DNA of 64,000 bases from NCBI RefSeq assembly GCF_009914755.1, contig NC_060932.1; one strand, given 5' to 3'. The notes below the pieces were generated by a model. It worked only from the letters and a program-made list of their open reading frames with translations, ran no database searches and had not been told where the DNA came from. Positions 13,601 to 29,054 of the stretch are shown piece after piece. Position numbers and translations under genes: made by a program. The DNA comes from the human T2T-CHM13v2.0 reference genome, Homo sapiens. Every line of letters begins with the position of its first letter. The stretch's first letter is position 1.

Positions 13601-15805
13601 TTTCAAAAAGTTTATTTCATGGAATGCTTATTCTCAGATGCAACAATCATAATCCTATCCTGGAACAATATAAGAGCAATAGTATTTAACAAGGCAAAAC
13701 CAAACAGAACAAATAATTGTTTGAGTAGCTTGTATTTTCTCTGATTTGTTACAAAATACAAACTACCTAAAGAGTTTTTAAAATATATTATGTGGTAAAT
13801 AAATATTTATTTTTGAAGGCAAGGGTAACATAAAAGCTAAGATGATGCATTCATATTTACATATTACACAAGAGCATGAATCTATTAAGAGGTTGCTTTG
13901 AAAATATTAGAGATGCCATCAAAATGAAAGAAATATATTTTTAAAAATCCAAGCACTTTATCTTTGTTTATGAAAAGAACGATGAAAAAATATTCAGGAA
14001 ACTGTTAACCAGGACTGTAACTTTATGCAGTCCTTTTCTTCAGTGTGTGAAAAATAATAAGATTGAAATTCAAGAGTTCTTTACATCTTCCCAACATAGT
14101 GAATGTTTATAAAAGCTTGCTGAATAAACTTTATATTGATACCAGTAGTTGAAATTAATATTTAGAATTACTTCCTTAAATATTACAAAGAACGTGGTGT
14201 TGGTTAATATTTTAGTAGGATACCTGTTTCCTTTTGACAGTCATCTGAAGCTCCCTACAAATGGTGTTTCACTATGCTGAAAGTGCTATCTGTCCAGAAA
14301 GCTATAAAACAAAGATCCTGACTATTTATGGTCATAAATGATTCAGGATCACTTAGTTTGCTGTGAGAAAAAAAGTATTTTTTAACATATTTGAAAGAGG
14401 TACTCAGGAATATAATCATAAATTTGCCTTTCTGGTGAGTTTCTTAGGGAGGTAGAAAGGTTTTCCTTTTCTTTAAAATAAGCTTTATTTTTTTTTTTTT
14501 CCTGAAGGTAAAGCTAAAAGCAGAACAAAACAAAAACTTAGCTTATTTAGGAGTTCTAGGTTGGATTCTAGATTTGTTGGACTAATTTTTAACCAACCAT
14601 TAACCTTTGTAAACAAATTTTCTCTATCCTCAAAATGGTGATGATGTATCTATTCTGACTACTTCACAAGATTAAAGAAACAGATGAGCTATTGGATATG
14701 AGAGTGCTTTATACATATTAAAATGCAACATATATTGTAACTGTTGTTTGAATTCTGACTGTTTCTATTTTTACCTTTCAATATAAATGGCAAAATGTTT
14801 TCTGCTCCTTTAGCTCTAAGCATTGTCTTACTTTTCAGGAATCCCATACAAAAATTTCACAGATTTTAAATTCTATGTTTTATGAAATTGGCTTTTCATT
14901 GGAATCAGTGGGGGCCTGTTTATACTTTCTCACATACCTGGGGAATAGGGACTATGTTTTATTTATCTCTGTATCTTCCATAGTGTGACGGACAGTTTTA
15001 CACAAATAACAAATAGCAAGTTGCTCTATAAACACGTGTTCAATGTTTTCTGGTTATGCTTATTATCTAAGTAAACCAAAACCACAACAAAGAGAAGACA
15101 TTTCAATATTTTAAAAAACATTTTAAAGAGCCAGATGAAGAGTGTTGTGTGTAAATATATTTCAGCATGTTTTACTGAGTTTTATTTCCATTCTGAAGAA
15201 GGTATGAAGACATGACTGAAGGGCAGGCAGAGAGTTCAGCCTTTTTTTTGTAAGGTAAATGATGGACTCGACAACATGCTTTTCTGAACTACTCAAACAC
15301 AAAACTCACTGAAAATAACTGGTTTTAGAAGTTTGAGTCTATCAGATTTTTACCAAGTGATTATTAAGAAATGAAAAAAATAATGTATAAGAAGGTTATT
15401 GAAGATATTTTGCTCTTAATCATAGACCTTTAAAATTTTTTAAAATAACACAGGATATTAAGCCCATTAGCAATTACTGCATAATAAAACAATCAAATTT
15501 AAATATAAAAATCACAAATAACTTCAACTATCATTTCCAAATCAGTGTTTATGTTGTTTCTTTTTTTGTTTGTTTTTGTTTCTTTTCTTTTTTAAAATTT
15601 TATTATTATTATACTTTAAGTTTTAGGGTACATGTGCACAACATGCAGGTTAGTTACATATGTATACATGTGCCATGCTGGTGTGCTGCACCCATTAACT
15701 CGTCATTTAGCATTAGGTATATCTCCTAATGCTATCCCTCCACCCACCCCACAACAGTCCCCAGAGTCTGATGTTCCCCTTCCTGTGTCCATGTGTTCTC
15801 ATTGT

Positions 15806-19627
<3,822 letters not shown>

Positions 19628-19690
19628 TTTGACGTTAGCTGGTTATTTTGCTCGTTAGTTGATGCAGTTTCTTCTTAACCTCGATGGTCT

Positions 19691-20707
19691 TTACAATTTG
19701 GCATGATTTTGCAGTGGCTGGTACCAATTTTTCCTTTCGATGTTTAGTGCTTCCTTCAGGACCTCTTGTAGGGCAGGCCTGGTGGTGACAAAATCTCTCA
19801 GCATTTGCTTGTCTGTAAAGGATTTTATTTCTCCTTCACTTATGAAGCGTAGTTTGGCTGGATATGAAATTCTGGGTTGAAAATTCTTTTCTTTAAGAAT
19901 GTTGAATATTGGCCCCCACTCTCTTCTGGCTTGTAGAGTTTCTGCCGAGAGATCCGCTGTTAGTCTGATGGGCTTCCCTTTGTGGGTAACCCGACCTTTC
20001 TCTCTGGCTGCCCTTAACACTTTTTCCTTCATTTCAACTTTGGTGAATCTGACAATTATGTGTCTTGGAGTTGCTCTTCTCGAGGAGTATCTTTGTGGTA
20101 TTCTCTGTATTTCCTGAATCTGAATGTTGGCCTGCCTTGCTAGATTGGGGAAGTTCTCCTGGATAATATCCTGCAGAGTGTTTTCCAACTTGGTTCCATT
20201 CTCCCTGTCAATTTCAGGTACACCAGTCAGACATAGATTTGGTCTTTTCACATAGTCTCATATTTCTTGGAGGCTTTGTTCGTTTCTTTTTATTCTTTTT
20301 TCTCTAAACTTCCCTTCTCGCTTCATTTCATTCATTTCATCTTCCATCACTGATACCCTTTCTTCTAGTTGATCGCATCGGCTCCTGAGGCTTCTGCATT
20401 CTTCACGTAGTTCTCGAGCCTTGGCTTTCAGCTCCATCGGCTCCTTTAAGCACTTCTCTGTATTGGTTATTCTAGTTATACATTTGTCTAATTTTTTTTC
20501 AAAGTTTTCAACTTCTTTGCCTTTGGTTTGAATTTCCTCCTGTAGCTCGGAGTAATTTGATCGTCTGAAGCCTTCTTCTCTCAAGTCGTGAACGTCATTC
20601 TCTGTCCAGCTTTGTTCCGTTGCTGGTGAGGAAGTGCATTCCTTTGGAGGAGGAGAGGCGCTCTGCTTTTTAGAGTTTCCAGTTTTTCTGCTCTGTTTTT
20701 TCCCCAT
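19691..20707 (-). pseudogene. L1 ORF1p (RNA-binding), single premature stop at codon 150
   Basis: MGKKQSRKTGNSK...EQSLQEI* continues in the same frame (456-nt offset) as ...KRPNL...YQPLQNHAKL; Trp codon changed to TGA. Confidence 0.95.
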
Positions 20708-21744
20708 CTTTGTGGTTTTATCTACTTTTGGTCTTTGATGATGGTGATGTATAGATGGGTTTTTGGTGTGGATTTCCTTTCTGTTTGTTAGTTTTCCTTC
20801 TAACAGACAGGACCCTCAGCTGCAGGTCTGTTGGAGTTTGCTAGAGGTCCACTCCAGACACTGTTTGCCTGGGTACCAGCAGCGGTGGCTGCAGAACAGC
20901 GGATTTTCGTGAACCGCGAATGCTTCTGTCTGATCCTTCCACTGGAAGTTTTGTCTCAGAGGAGTACCCAGCCATGTGAGGTGTCAGTCTGCCCCTACTG
21001 GGGGGTGCTTCCCTGTTAGGCTGCTCGGGGGTCAGGGATCAGGGACCCACTTGAGGAGGCAGTCTGCCCGTTCTCAGATCTCCAGCTGCGTGCTGGGAGA
21101 ACCACTGCTCTTTTCAAAGCTGTCAGACAGGGACATTTAAGTCCTCAGAGGTTACTGCTGTCTTTTTGTTAGTCTGTGCCCTGCCCCCAGAGGTGAAGCC
21201 TGCAGAGGCAGGCAGGCCTCCTTGAGCTGTGGTGGGCTCCACCCAGTTCAAGCTTCCCGGCTGCTTTGTTTACCTAAGCAAGCCTGGGCAATGGCAGGTG
21301 CCCCTCCCCCAGCCTCGCTGCCGCCTTGCAGTTTGATCTCAGACTGCTGTGCTAGCAATCAGCAAGACTCCGTGGGCGTAGGACCCTCCGAGCCATGTGC
21401 GGGATATGATCTCCTGGTGCGCCATTTTTTAAGACCGTCGGAAAAGTGCAGTATTCGGGTGGGAGTGACCCGATTTGCCAGGTGCCGTCCGTCACCCCTT
21501 TCTTTGACTAGGAAAGGGAACTCCCTGACCCCTTGCACTTCCCGAGTGAGGCAATGCCTCGCCCTGCTTCGGCTCGCGCACTGCGCGCTGCACCCACTGT
21601 CCTGCACCCACTGTGTGGCACCCCCTAGTGAGATGAACCTGGTACCTCAGATGGAAATGCAGGAATCACCTGTCTTCTGCGTCGCTCATGCTGGGAGCTG
21701 TAGACCAGAGCTGTTCTTGTTTGTCCATCTTGGCTGCTTCCCCC
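20708..21744. promoter_or_regulatory. L1 5'UTR: sense (minus) internal promoter and antisense (plus) promoter region
   Basis: Complete L1PA 5'UTR with many retained CpGs; YY1 site reads CAAGATGGAC rather than CAAGATGGCC. Confidence 0.7.
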
Positions 21745-21794
21745 ACTCACTCACTGACTCCTATGTTGTTTCTTTAAAGGGCTCTTGGGTTTGA
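21291..21794 (+). CDS. L1 antisense ORF0-type reading frame, extended to 167 codons (translation unproven)
   Basis: ATG at 21291 gives MAGAPPPASLPPCSLISDCCASNQQDSVGVGPSEP..., matching primate L1 ORF0; the frame stays open past the L1 5' end into the flank. Confidence 0.55.
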   Translation: MAGAPPPASLPPCSLISDCCASNQQDSVGVGPSEPCAGYDLLVRHFLRPSEKCSIRVGVTRFARCRPSPLSLTRKGNSLTPCTSRVRQCLALLRLAHCALHPLSCTHCVAPPSEMNLVPQMEMQESPVFCVAHAGSCRPELFLFVHLGCFPHSLTDSYVVSLKGSWV

Positions 21795-23114
21795 GTACTT
21801 CTTTAACTGAATAAAGAAAAATGAATGACAATATGTAAGATAGTTTTACTCTCTAAATTTCTTTATATATGACTACTTACATATAAATACAAAGTTTATT
21901 ATTGAAACACATAGCAATATTTTAAAAATTAATTCACATTGCTGCAATTAATTTAATTATTGTAATTTTCAATCTCCTAACTGATGGAAAAGCAGTTCAT
22001 AAAATAATAATTAAACTACTTGAATTCTGTATTTGACTTTATCTCAGACCTGCAGTACACCAAAGGAATATTACATTTTTAGACTTTATTCAATTTATTA
22101 GAAATATGATAATAATGGTAAAGTGTGAGGTTTATGCAAAGAAGCAGGAAATATATTTGGGGGGGCATATTTTGATTTGTGAGAGGTTTTGATGGCAATT
22201 GAAGAGGTGTGGACACTCTTGTCATTAAGAAGGTCATCTAATCTAGTCAGCTTGAATAAATGAAACGATGTCCAACTGGACAGATATCCTCTTTTATATG
22301 AGTTCAAAATGTGATGACTCACATTTTAGATGTCTTATATGCATTTCAGCTGTTATAACTTGTACCAGCTTATAAAAGATTTTCCGCTCAAATTCCTGAA
22401 ATGGGGGTTCACCTAGTCACTGGGCAGTCCCGTCCCTTTATCCTCTCTCTGTTTCTTTCCTGCTGCCTGTTGTATTGCACCACAGCACAATAGACTCACT
22501 TTACCTAATTGCAGTAATATTATCTAATCTTACCTAGTAAGAAGATTTAAGTGGACATAATTTTATAAATTTTCAAGAAGCATAAAGCATCATTTTTTAG
22601 AGAGAGCTGAATAAGCAATTTGAATTTTACAAATGAAGTGCAAAGCAAGTTTTGACTGCTCACAAATCTGTTTGCTTTTGAGAGTGGTATATTTCTAGGC
22701 TGAGGTTTCAAAACTATTGAATCAGGTTTTCAAAGGCCAAAATATGTTTTCCAGATGTATCTTAAAATGTGACTACTAAATTCAGTTTTATAGGTGCTCA
22801 CTTGACTCTTATCTTCAGTCTTATTAGGAATTCTGGAAAGTTATTATTGTAGCATGGTTTCATCTTAGGCTATAGATTTTAATGATGTTACTGTGTACTG
22901 GATTATTAAGCCTTGATTGCATTTCTAAAGATAGTGATCTTTACAATAAGAAAATTAAGACAAATGTATTCAGGGAAAGGGATAAGTGAAAATCTAGTTA
23001 ATCATTCTATGGGATGTTAATGTGGATACTGAGATCCAGGTGGTTGCAGCAGCACAGTCAGCATCTGAAAAAAAAAATACCCTTCATTCTCATCACCTTT
23101 AAGCTATTATCATG

Positions 23115-23505
23115 TATATTAGTCCATTCTCACACTGCTATAAAGAAATACCTGAGACTGGGTAATTTATAAGGAAAAGAGGTTTAATTGGCTCATGGTT
23201 CTGCAGCCTATCTAAGACGCACAATGACATCAGCTTCTTAAAAGGCCTCAAGGAACTTACAATCTTGGCAGAAGGCAAAGTGGGAGTGAGGCAACCTACA
23301 TGGTGGGAGCAGCAGTGAGAGAGAGATGGGAGGTGCTACATACTTTTAAATGACCAGATCTCAGGAGAACTCACTCACTATCACGAGAACACCAAGGGAG
23401 AAATTCACCCCCACGATCCAATCACCTCCCATCAGGCCCTACCTCCTACTGGGGGTTACAATTTGACAGGAGATTTGGGCAGGGACACAGATCCAAACCA
23501 TATCA
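23115..23505 (-). mobile_element. MSTA-type MaLR solo LTR
   Basis: tatattagtccattctcacactgctataaagaaatacctgagactggg...gacacagatccaaaccatatca; 5-bp TSD TCATG (23110-23114, 23506-23510). Confidence 0.9.
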
Positions 23506-24145
23506 TCATGTTTTAATGTATCACTAAAATATGAGTCTGATCTTCAGTTTACCAAACTCATAATCTATGATATCACCTTCTACTAAAGACTCTATAAATT
23601 CAAAACTGATCTTGGTATGTTCAAATAAGTTGTTTGTGTCCAAATCATTTTAGAGTATTAAACATTTGTTATCAAACTTGTCTCTCACTTGAGAGAAAGA
23701 CATAGATGAAACAATGTAAAAGTATGGGAATATTTTAGCTTAAGAAAAATGAAAGTTACTGTTATTTTTATGTGGAAAGTTTGCTTATATATTGGCTGCA
23801 GAAATTTTATCATATTCTTTTTGCTAACAGCTTAAATAGCTTTACCCTGAGACACCCAAGAGATCCAAATGACAATTAATTTATTCAAAAATGAAGGATA
23901 CACTGTTACTGGTGAATATGTATAAAGTTCCTGCATAATTACAGATGAAGCATCCTTTATTAGAAACACATCTCAAATGACCTAAGTTATCTTGTTGAGT
24001 TATCAAGGGGAAGGCCGAGGGTTTTGATGCCAAGGATGAATGTGGATCAGACCAAATTTTACCTCCGTAATGCTTGCTTTTAATAAAAACCAGTGACCTC
24101 AGACGAAGAAAGCAACAATATCCATGAGATGTATATTTTATCTGA

Positions 24146-24464
<319 letters not shown>

Positions 24465-25604
24465 CTGTCTATGTCCAATTTAATTGGTATATTACAACTC
24501 TTTAATTCCAAGTATTGCCGATCTTCAAGAAATGCAGTACAAGGCACACTCTAGAAGAAAAGCCATTCCTGTACATACCTTTGAATTAAATACTTGCCTC
24601 TTCCTTTACACTGATGAATTTGGCTGAGCGACTCAAAAGGGAAACGACGTGTAAAGCTTCTTCACCTATTTTGCTTAATGCCAGAGCTTCTTAATTGAAA
24701 TCTACCACGGATACTTCTCCTTGGATTCCTACACTTCCTTCTGTAGGGACAAGTTGCTTTGTTAGGAAAAAGCAAATACAGCTCAAAATTATGGAGGAAG
24801 AAAGGTATGAAAGGAAAATATGACCACATTTCTAGCTCTCAGGTTATATTGACTTTATTCTTCTACTGTTTTCACCACTTATCTTGAGATTCCCTGGGAC
24901 AAGCAAAGAGAAAGTGATATCAGCCATTTTGTCTTAGAGATTTACCCATATGTTTTTCTTTCTCTCCATTTTTTTTTTTTTTTCTCATTTTACCTTATTG
25001 CGTTTGCACAGCAGAGTAATTCTCCCTAGCATAGTTTTCTCTACGGTAACTTGAAGTCTTCTTTTCTGAGGAAGCTGGGATGATAAAGTAAGATAAGGGA
25101 CTTTATGACCCACGTGAAGAACAGATTCGGAATGATGGAAAGAAAAGACACACAGAAAGTTTACCTATTCAAAACGTGGCAAAATAAATCCAGACAAGGT
25201 ATAGAACTGAAAGATCAGCAACAGTTTCCCAGGACCTGGAGATGTAAGCTTCTAGCTCCCCAACGTGTGGATTGTTTTTAAAGTGAAAGAAGGTTAAATC
25301 AGACCTCAGGAAACTCACCTGCCCCTTTCCTAGCTGAAGCAGTTCTGCTTGTAGGCTACGGACAGCGATATCTAAGCTGGATGTGTCACTGTTTTTAGTC
25401 TTATGCCATGTACATTATGACTAAAGAGCATAATAAAGTACGATACTCTCAGGACTGAGCATTGTTAATGCTGAGCATGTTTCAGCAGCCCAAGCTAAGG
25501 AGGCTGAATGAAGTATTCCCTAAATTTAAACCTGCAGAGATAAGACAAGGTTTAATTTTCTAGAAGTATCTGGGAGTCATGCCAACAGGCTTTTGTAGCA
25601 ACTA

Positions 25605-25718
25605 CAGGTTAAGTTTTCCAAATCCAAAAACCTTCAGTGAGCATTTCCTTTGAGCATCATGTTGGCGCTTAAAGTTAGTTTAGAATTTGATATCATTTTG
25701 GATTTCAGATTTTACCTG
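25605..25718. mobile_element. Tigger4a/MER46-like DNA transposon, internally deleted
   Basis: TA|CAGG...CCTG|TA termini; gagcatttcctttgagcatcatgttggcgct...ttttggatttcagatttt. Confidence 0.7.
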
Positions 25719-25904
25719 TATAAAGTTATTGTTACCCTCCATTCTAATACATTCATTTTCCTTATTAACATAGCTTCTGCAATAATTTACAAATTTATAT
25801 ATGATAAAAATAAAAATATATGACAAATTTATATATGATATATTGTGCTTTGTTTCAATTAGCATATTGAAAGACCTTGGATATCACCTAGGATATCTTA
25901 TACA

Positions 25905-26205
25905 TAAGCCATGTATATATATACACACACATATATGATGAATATATTATAATACAGTACAATGAATATATAAAAATACATATTTATGTATCAAATGAAA
26001 TTTTATATTATATATAACGCATATGTATTATTTATTATATAAAATAATATATAACAATATATATGACAATATTATATATATAAAATATAATTTATAACAT
26101 ATAAATTTTTTTTGAGACAGAGTCTCACTCTGTCACTCAGGCTGGAATACAGTGGCATGATCTTGGCTCATATATATATATATCTCTCTACACACATATA
26201 CATAT
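25905..26205. repeat. AT-rich/(TA)n low-complexity tract containing a 65-bp Alu 3' fragment (26106-26170, minus)
   Basis: Seen directly: tttttttgagacagagtctcactctgtcactcaggctgg...tcttggctca embedded in TA repeats. Confidence 0.85.
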
Positions 26206-27049
26206 CACAGTTTTATTATCTATTTATTTCCTGATGGACACTTAATTTGATACCATATCATGGACATTGTGAATATTGCTTCAATAAATATAAAAGTGCA
26301 GTTTCTTTGGCATACTGATTTCATATCCTTTGAATATACACCCAGAACTGGGATTGCTAGATGATATGGTAATTTCATTTTTAATTATTGAGGAATCATC
26401 ATGCTGTTTTCCATAATGGCTGTACCAATTTACATTTCCACCAACAATGTATAAGGATTCTCTTTTCTCTATGTCCTTGCCCACGTTTGTTGTCTTTTGA
26501 CTATTTTATCAGAGCCAACCTAACAGGTATGAGGTTACATCTCATTGTGGTTTGGATTTTCATTTTTCTGTTGATTAGTGATGTTGAACATTTTTTCATG
26601 CTCATTTTTTCATGCCTGGCTGGTCATTTGTATGCATGTGTTTGAGAAATTCTCTTCAGGTCCCTTGCCCCTCTTTTAAAGCGTGTTTTTCTTACTATTC
26701 AGTTGTTTGGGTTCCTCATATACGTTGAACATTGTGTCTTTTTCGGATGTATGGTTTGCAAGTATTCTCTCCCATTCTGTAGATTGTCTCTACATTCTGT
26801 TGATTGTTTTCTTTGCTGTGCAGAAACTTTTTATTTTGTTGTTATTCCATTCATCTATTTTTGCTTTTGCTGTCTGTGCTTTTGGGGCCATATTCAAATA
26901 ATCATTGCCTAGGCAAATGTAGTGGAGTTTTCTATTTCCTTTTAATAGCTTCACATTTTCTGGTCTTATATTTAAGTTATTAAACCATTTTTAGTTGATT
27001 ATTGTATCTGATGTGAGATGATAGTCTAATTTCATTTTTCTACATGTGG

Positions 27050-27296
27050 TGGACAATTATAGCACAAGGCAAAGGAGAAGCAAGCACCTGCTTCACAAGG
27101 CGGCAGGAAAGAGAGAGCGCAAGGAAGTACCACATTTTAAAACCATCAGGTCTCCTGAAAACTCAATCACTACCAGGAGAACAGCATGGGGGAGACTGCC
27201 CCCTGATCCAATCACCTCCAACCAAGTCCTTCCCTTGACACGTGGGGATTACAATTCAAGATGAGATTTGAGTGCAGACACAGCCAAACCATATAA
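27050..27296 (-). mobile_element. THE1D/MSTA-type LTR, one end deleted
   Basis: gcaaaggagaagcaagcacc...aaaaccatcagg...gacacagccaaaccatataa; lacks the tgtattagtc end. Confidence 0.85.
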
Positions 27297-28646
27297 AGTT
27301 TGCTAGTATTTTGTTGAGGAGTTTTGAATCTATGTTCATCAGGGATATTGCCCTGTAATTTTATTTTTTTGTCATACCCTAGTTGGGCTTTGACATCAGG
27401 GTAATATTGGCCTCTAAAAATGAGCTTGGAAGTATTATCTCCTCTTTTATTTTTTTGAAGAATTTGAGAAGAAAGGATTGTTTTAAGTTCTTTAAATGTT
27501 TGGTAGAGTTCAACAATTATGTCCTGAGCTTTTCTTTGATGATACCTTTTATTACTTACCCAATCTCCATACTTTATGTTGGTTTCTTGGGATTTTCAAT
27601 TTATTTTAAGTCTTGGAAGGTTTTATTATCTAGGTATTTAGGTTATTAAATGTGTTGCCATATAGTTTCTCTTAGTAGTTTCTTGTGATTCTTTGTATTT
27701 CTGTGTTATCAGTTGTAATGTCTCCTCTTTCATTTCTGGTTTTATTTGTCTTCTCTGTATTCTTAGTTTAGCTAAAAGTTTATCGATTTTGTTCCTTTTT
27801 TCTAAAAACCAACTGTTGGTTTCATTGCTTTTTTCTCTTGTTTTTCTGGTCTCTACATCATCTGTTTTTCTTCTGATCTTTTTTTTTATTTATTCTACTA
27901 AAGTTAGGCCTAGTTGGTTCTTCTTTTTCTAGTTTCTTGAGTTGTAACATTAGGTTGTTTATCTGGAATTTTTCTTTCTTCTTCTTTTTCTGATATAAGC
28001 ATTTATTGCTATAAAATTTCCTCTTATAACTGCTTTTGCTGCATTTCATAATTTTGGTATGCTGTGTTTACATTTTTCTTTATCTCAAGATTTTTTTAAA
28101 ATTTCCTTTCAATTTCTTATTTGATTCATTGGTTCTTCTGTAGTACATTGTTTCATTTCCATTTATTTGTGAATTTTCCAAAATTCTTCCTGTTATTGAT
28201 TTCTAGTTTTATACCATTGTTGTTGGAAAGGATTCTTGCTATGTTTCAGTCTTAATCTGTCCAACCTGCTTGGCTGCCTAACATATGATCTGTTGTGGAA
28301 AATGTCCTATGTGCATTTGAGAAGACTGTATATTATGTTACTGTTGGGTGAAATGTTTTGTATGTGTCTGTCAGGTTCATTTGGTCTAAAGTGCCATTTT
28401 AGTACAGTGTTTTCTTACTGATTTTCTATCTCGATATCTGTTCATTGTTGAAAGTGATACTGAAGTTCACTACTATTATTGTATTGCAGTCTCTCTTTCC
28501 CTTAGGATCTATTAATATTTGTTTGGTATATTTAAGTGGTATATTTAGGTGCATATGTATTTATAATTGTTATATCTTCTTGTTAAATTTACACCTTTAT
28601 CACCTTTATGCCTCCTTCTTTTTTTGATACTTAAAAGTTAATTTTG

Positions 28647-29054
28647 TATATATATACACACACAATATATATACATATATACATACAAAATTAACTTTAT
28701 AACTATATATAAAGTTATATATATAAGGTTAATTTTAAAGTTTTATATATATTTATATATATTTATATATATATTTATATATATATTTATATATATATTT
28801 ATATATAACTATATATATTTATATATATATTTATATATAACTATATATATTTATATATATATTTATATATAACTATATATATTTATATTTATATATAACT
28901 ATATATAGTTATATATATTTATATTTATATATAACTATATATATTTATATATAGTTATATGTATTTATATTTATATATAACCATATATATTTATATATAT
29001 TTATATATATAAAACTATAAATATATATAACTATATAGCTATATATATATATAG
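28647..29054. repeat. ~400-bp interrupted (TA)n microsatellite
   Basis: Seen directly; units such as tatatatattt and tatataacta. Confidence 0.97.

Noticed and set aside
28647-29054. Periodic repeats as a CRISPR-like or coding array
   Set aside because: No unique spacers; a simple AT microsatellite in primate DNA.
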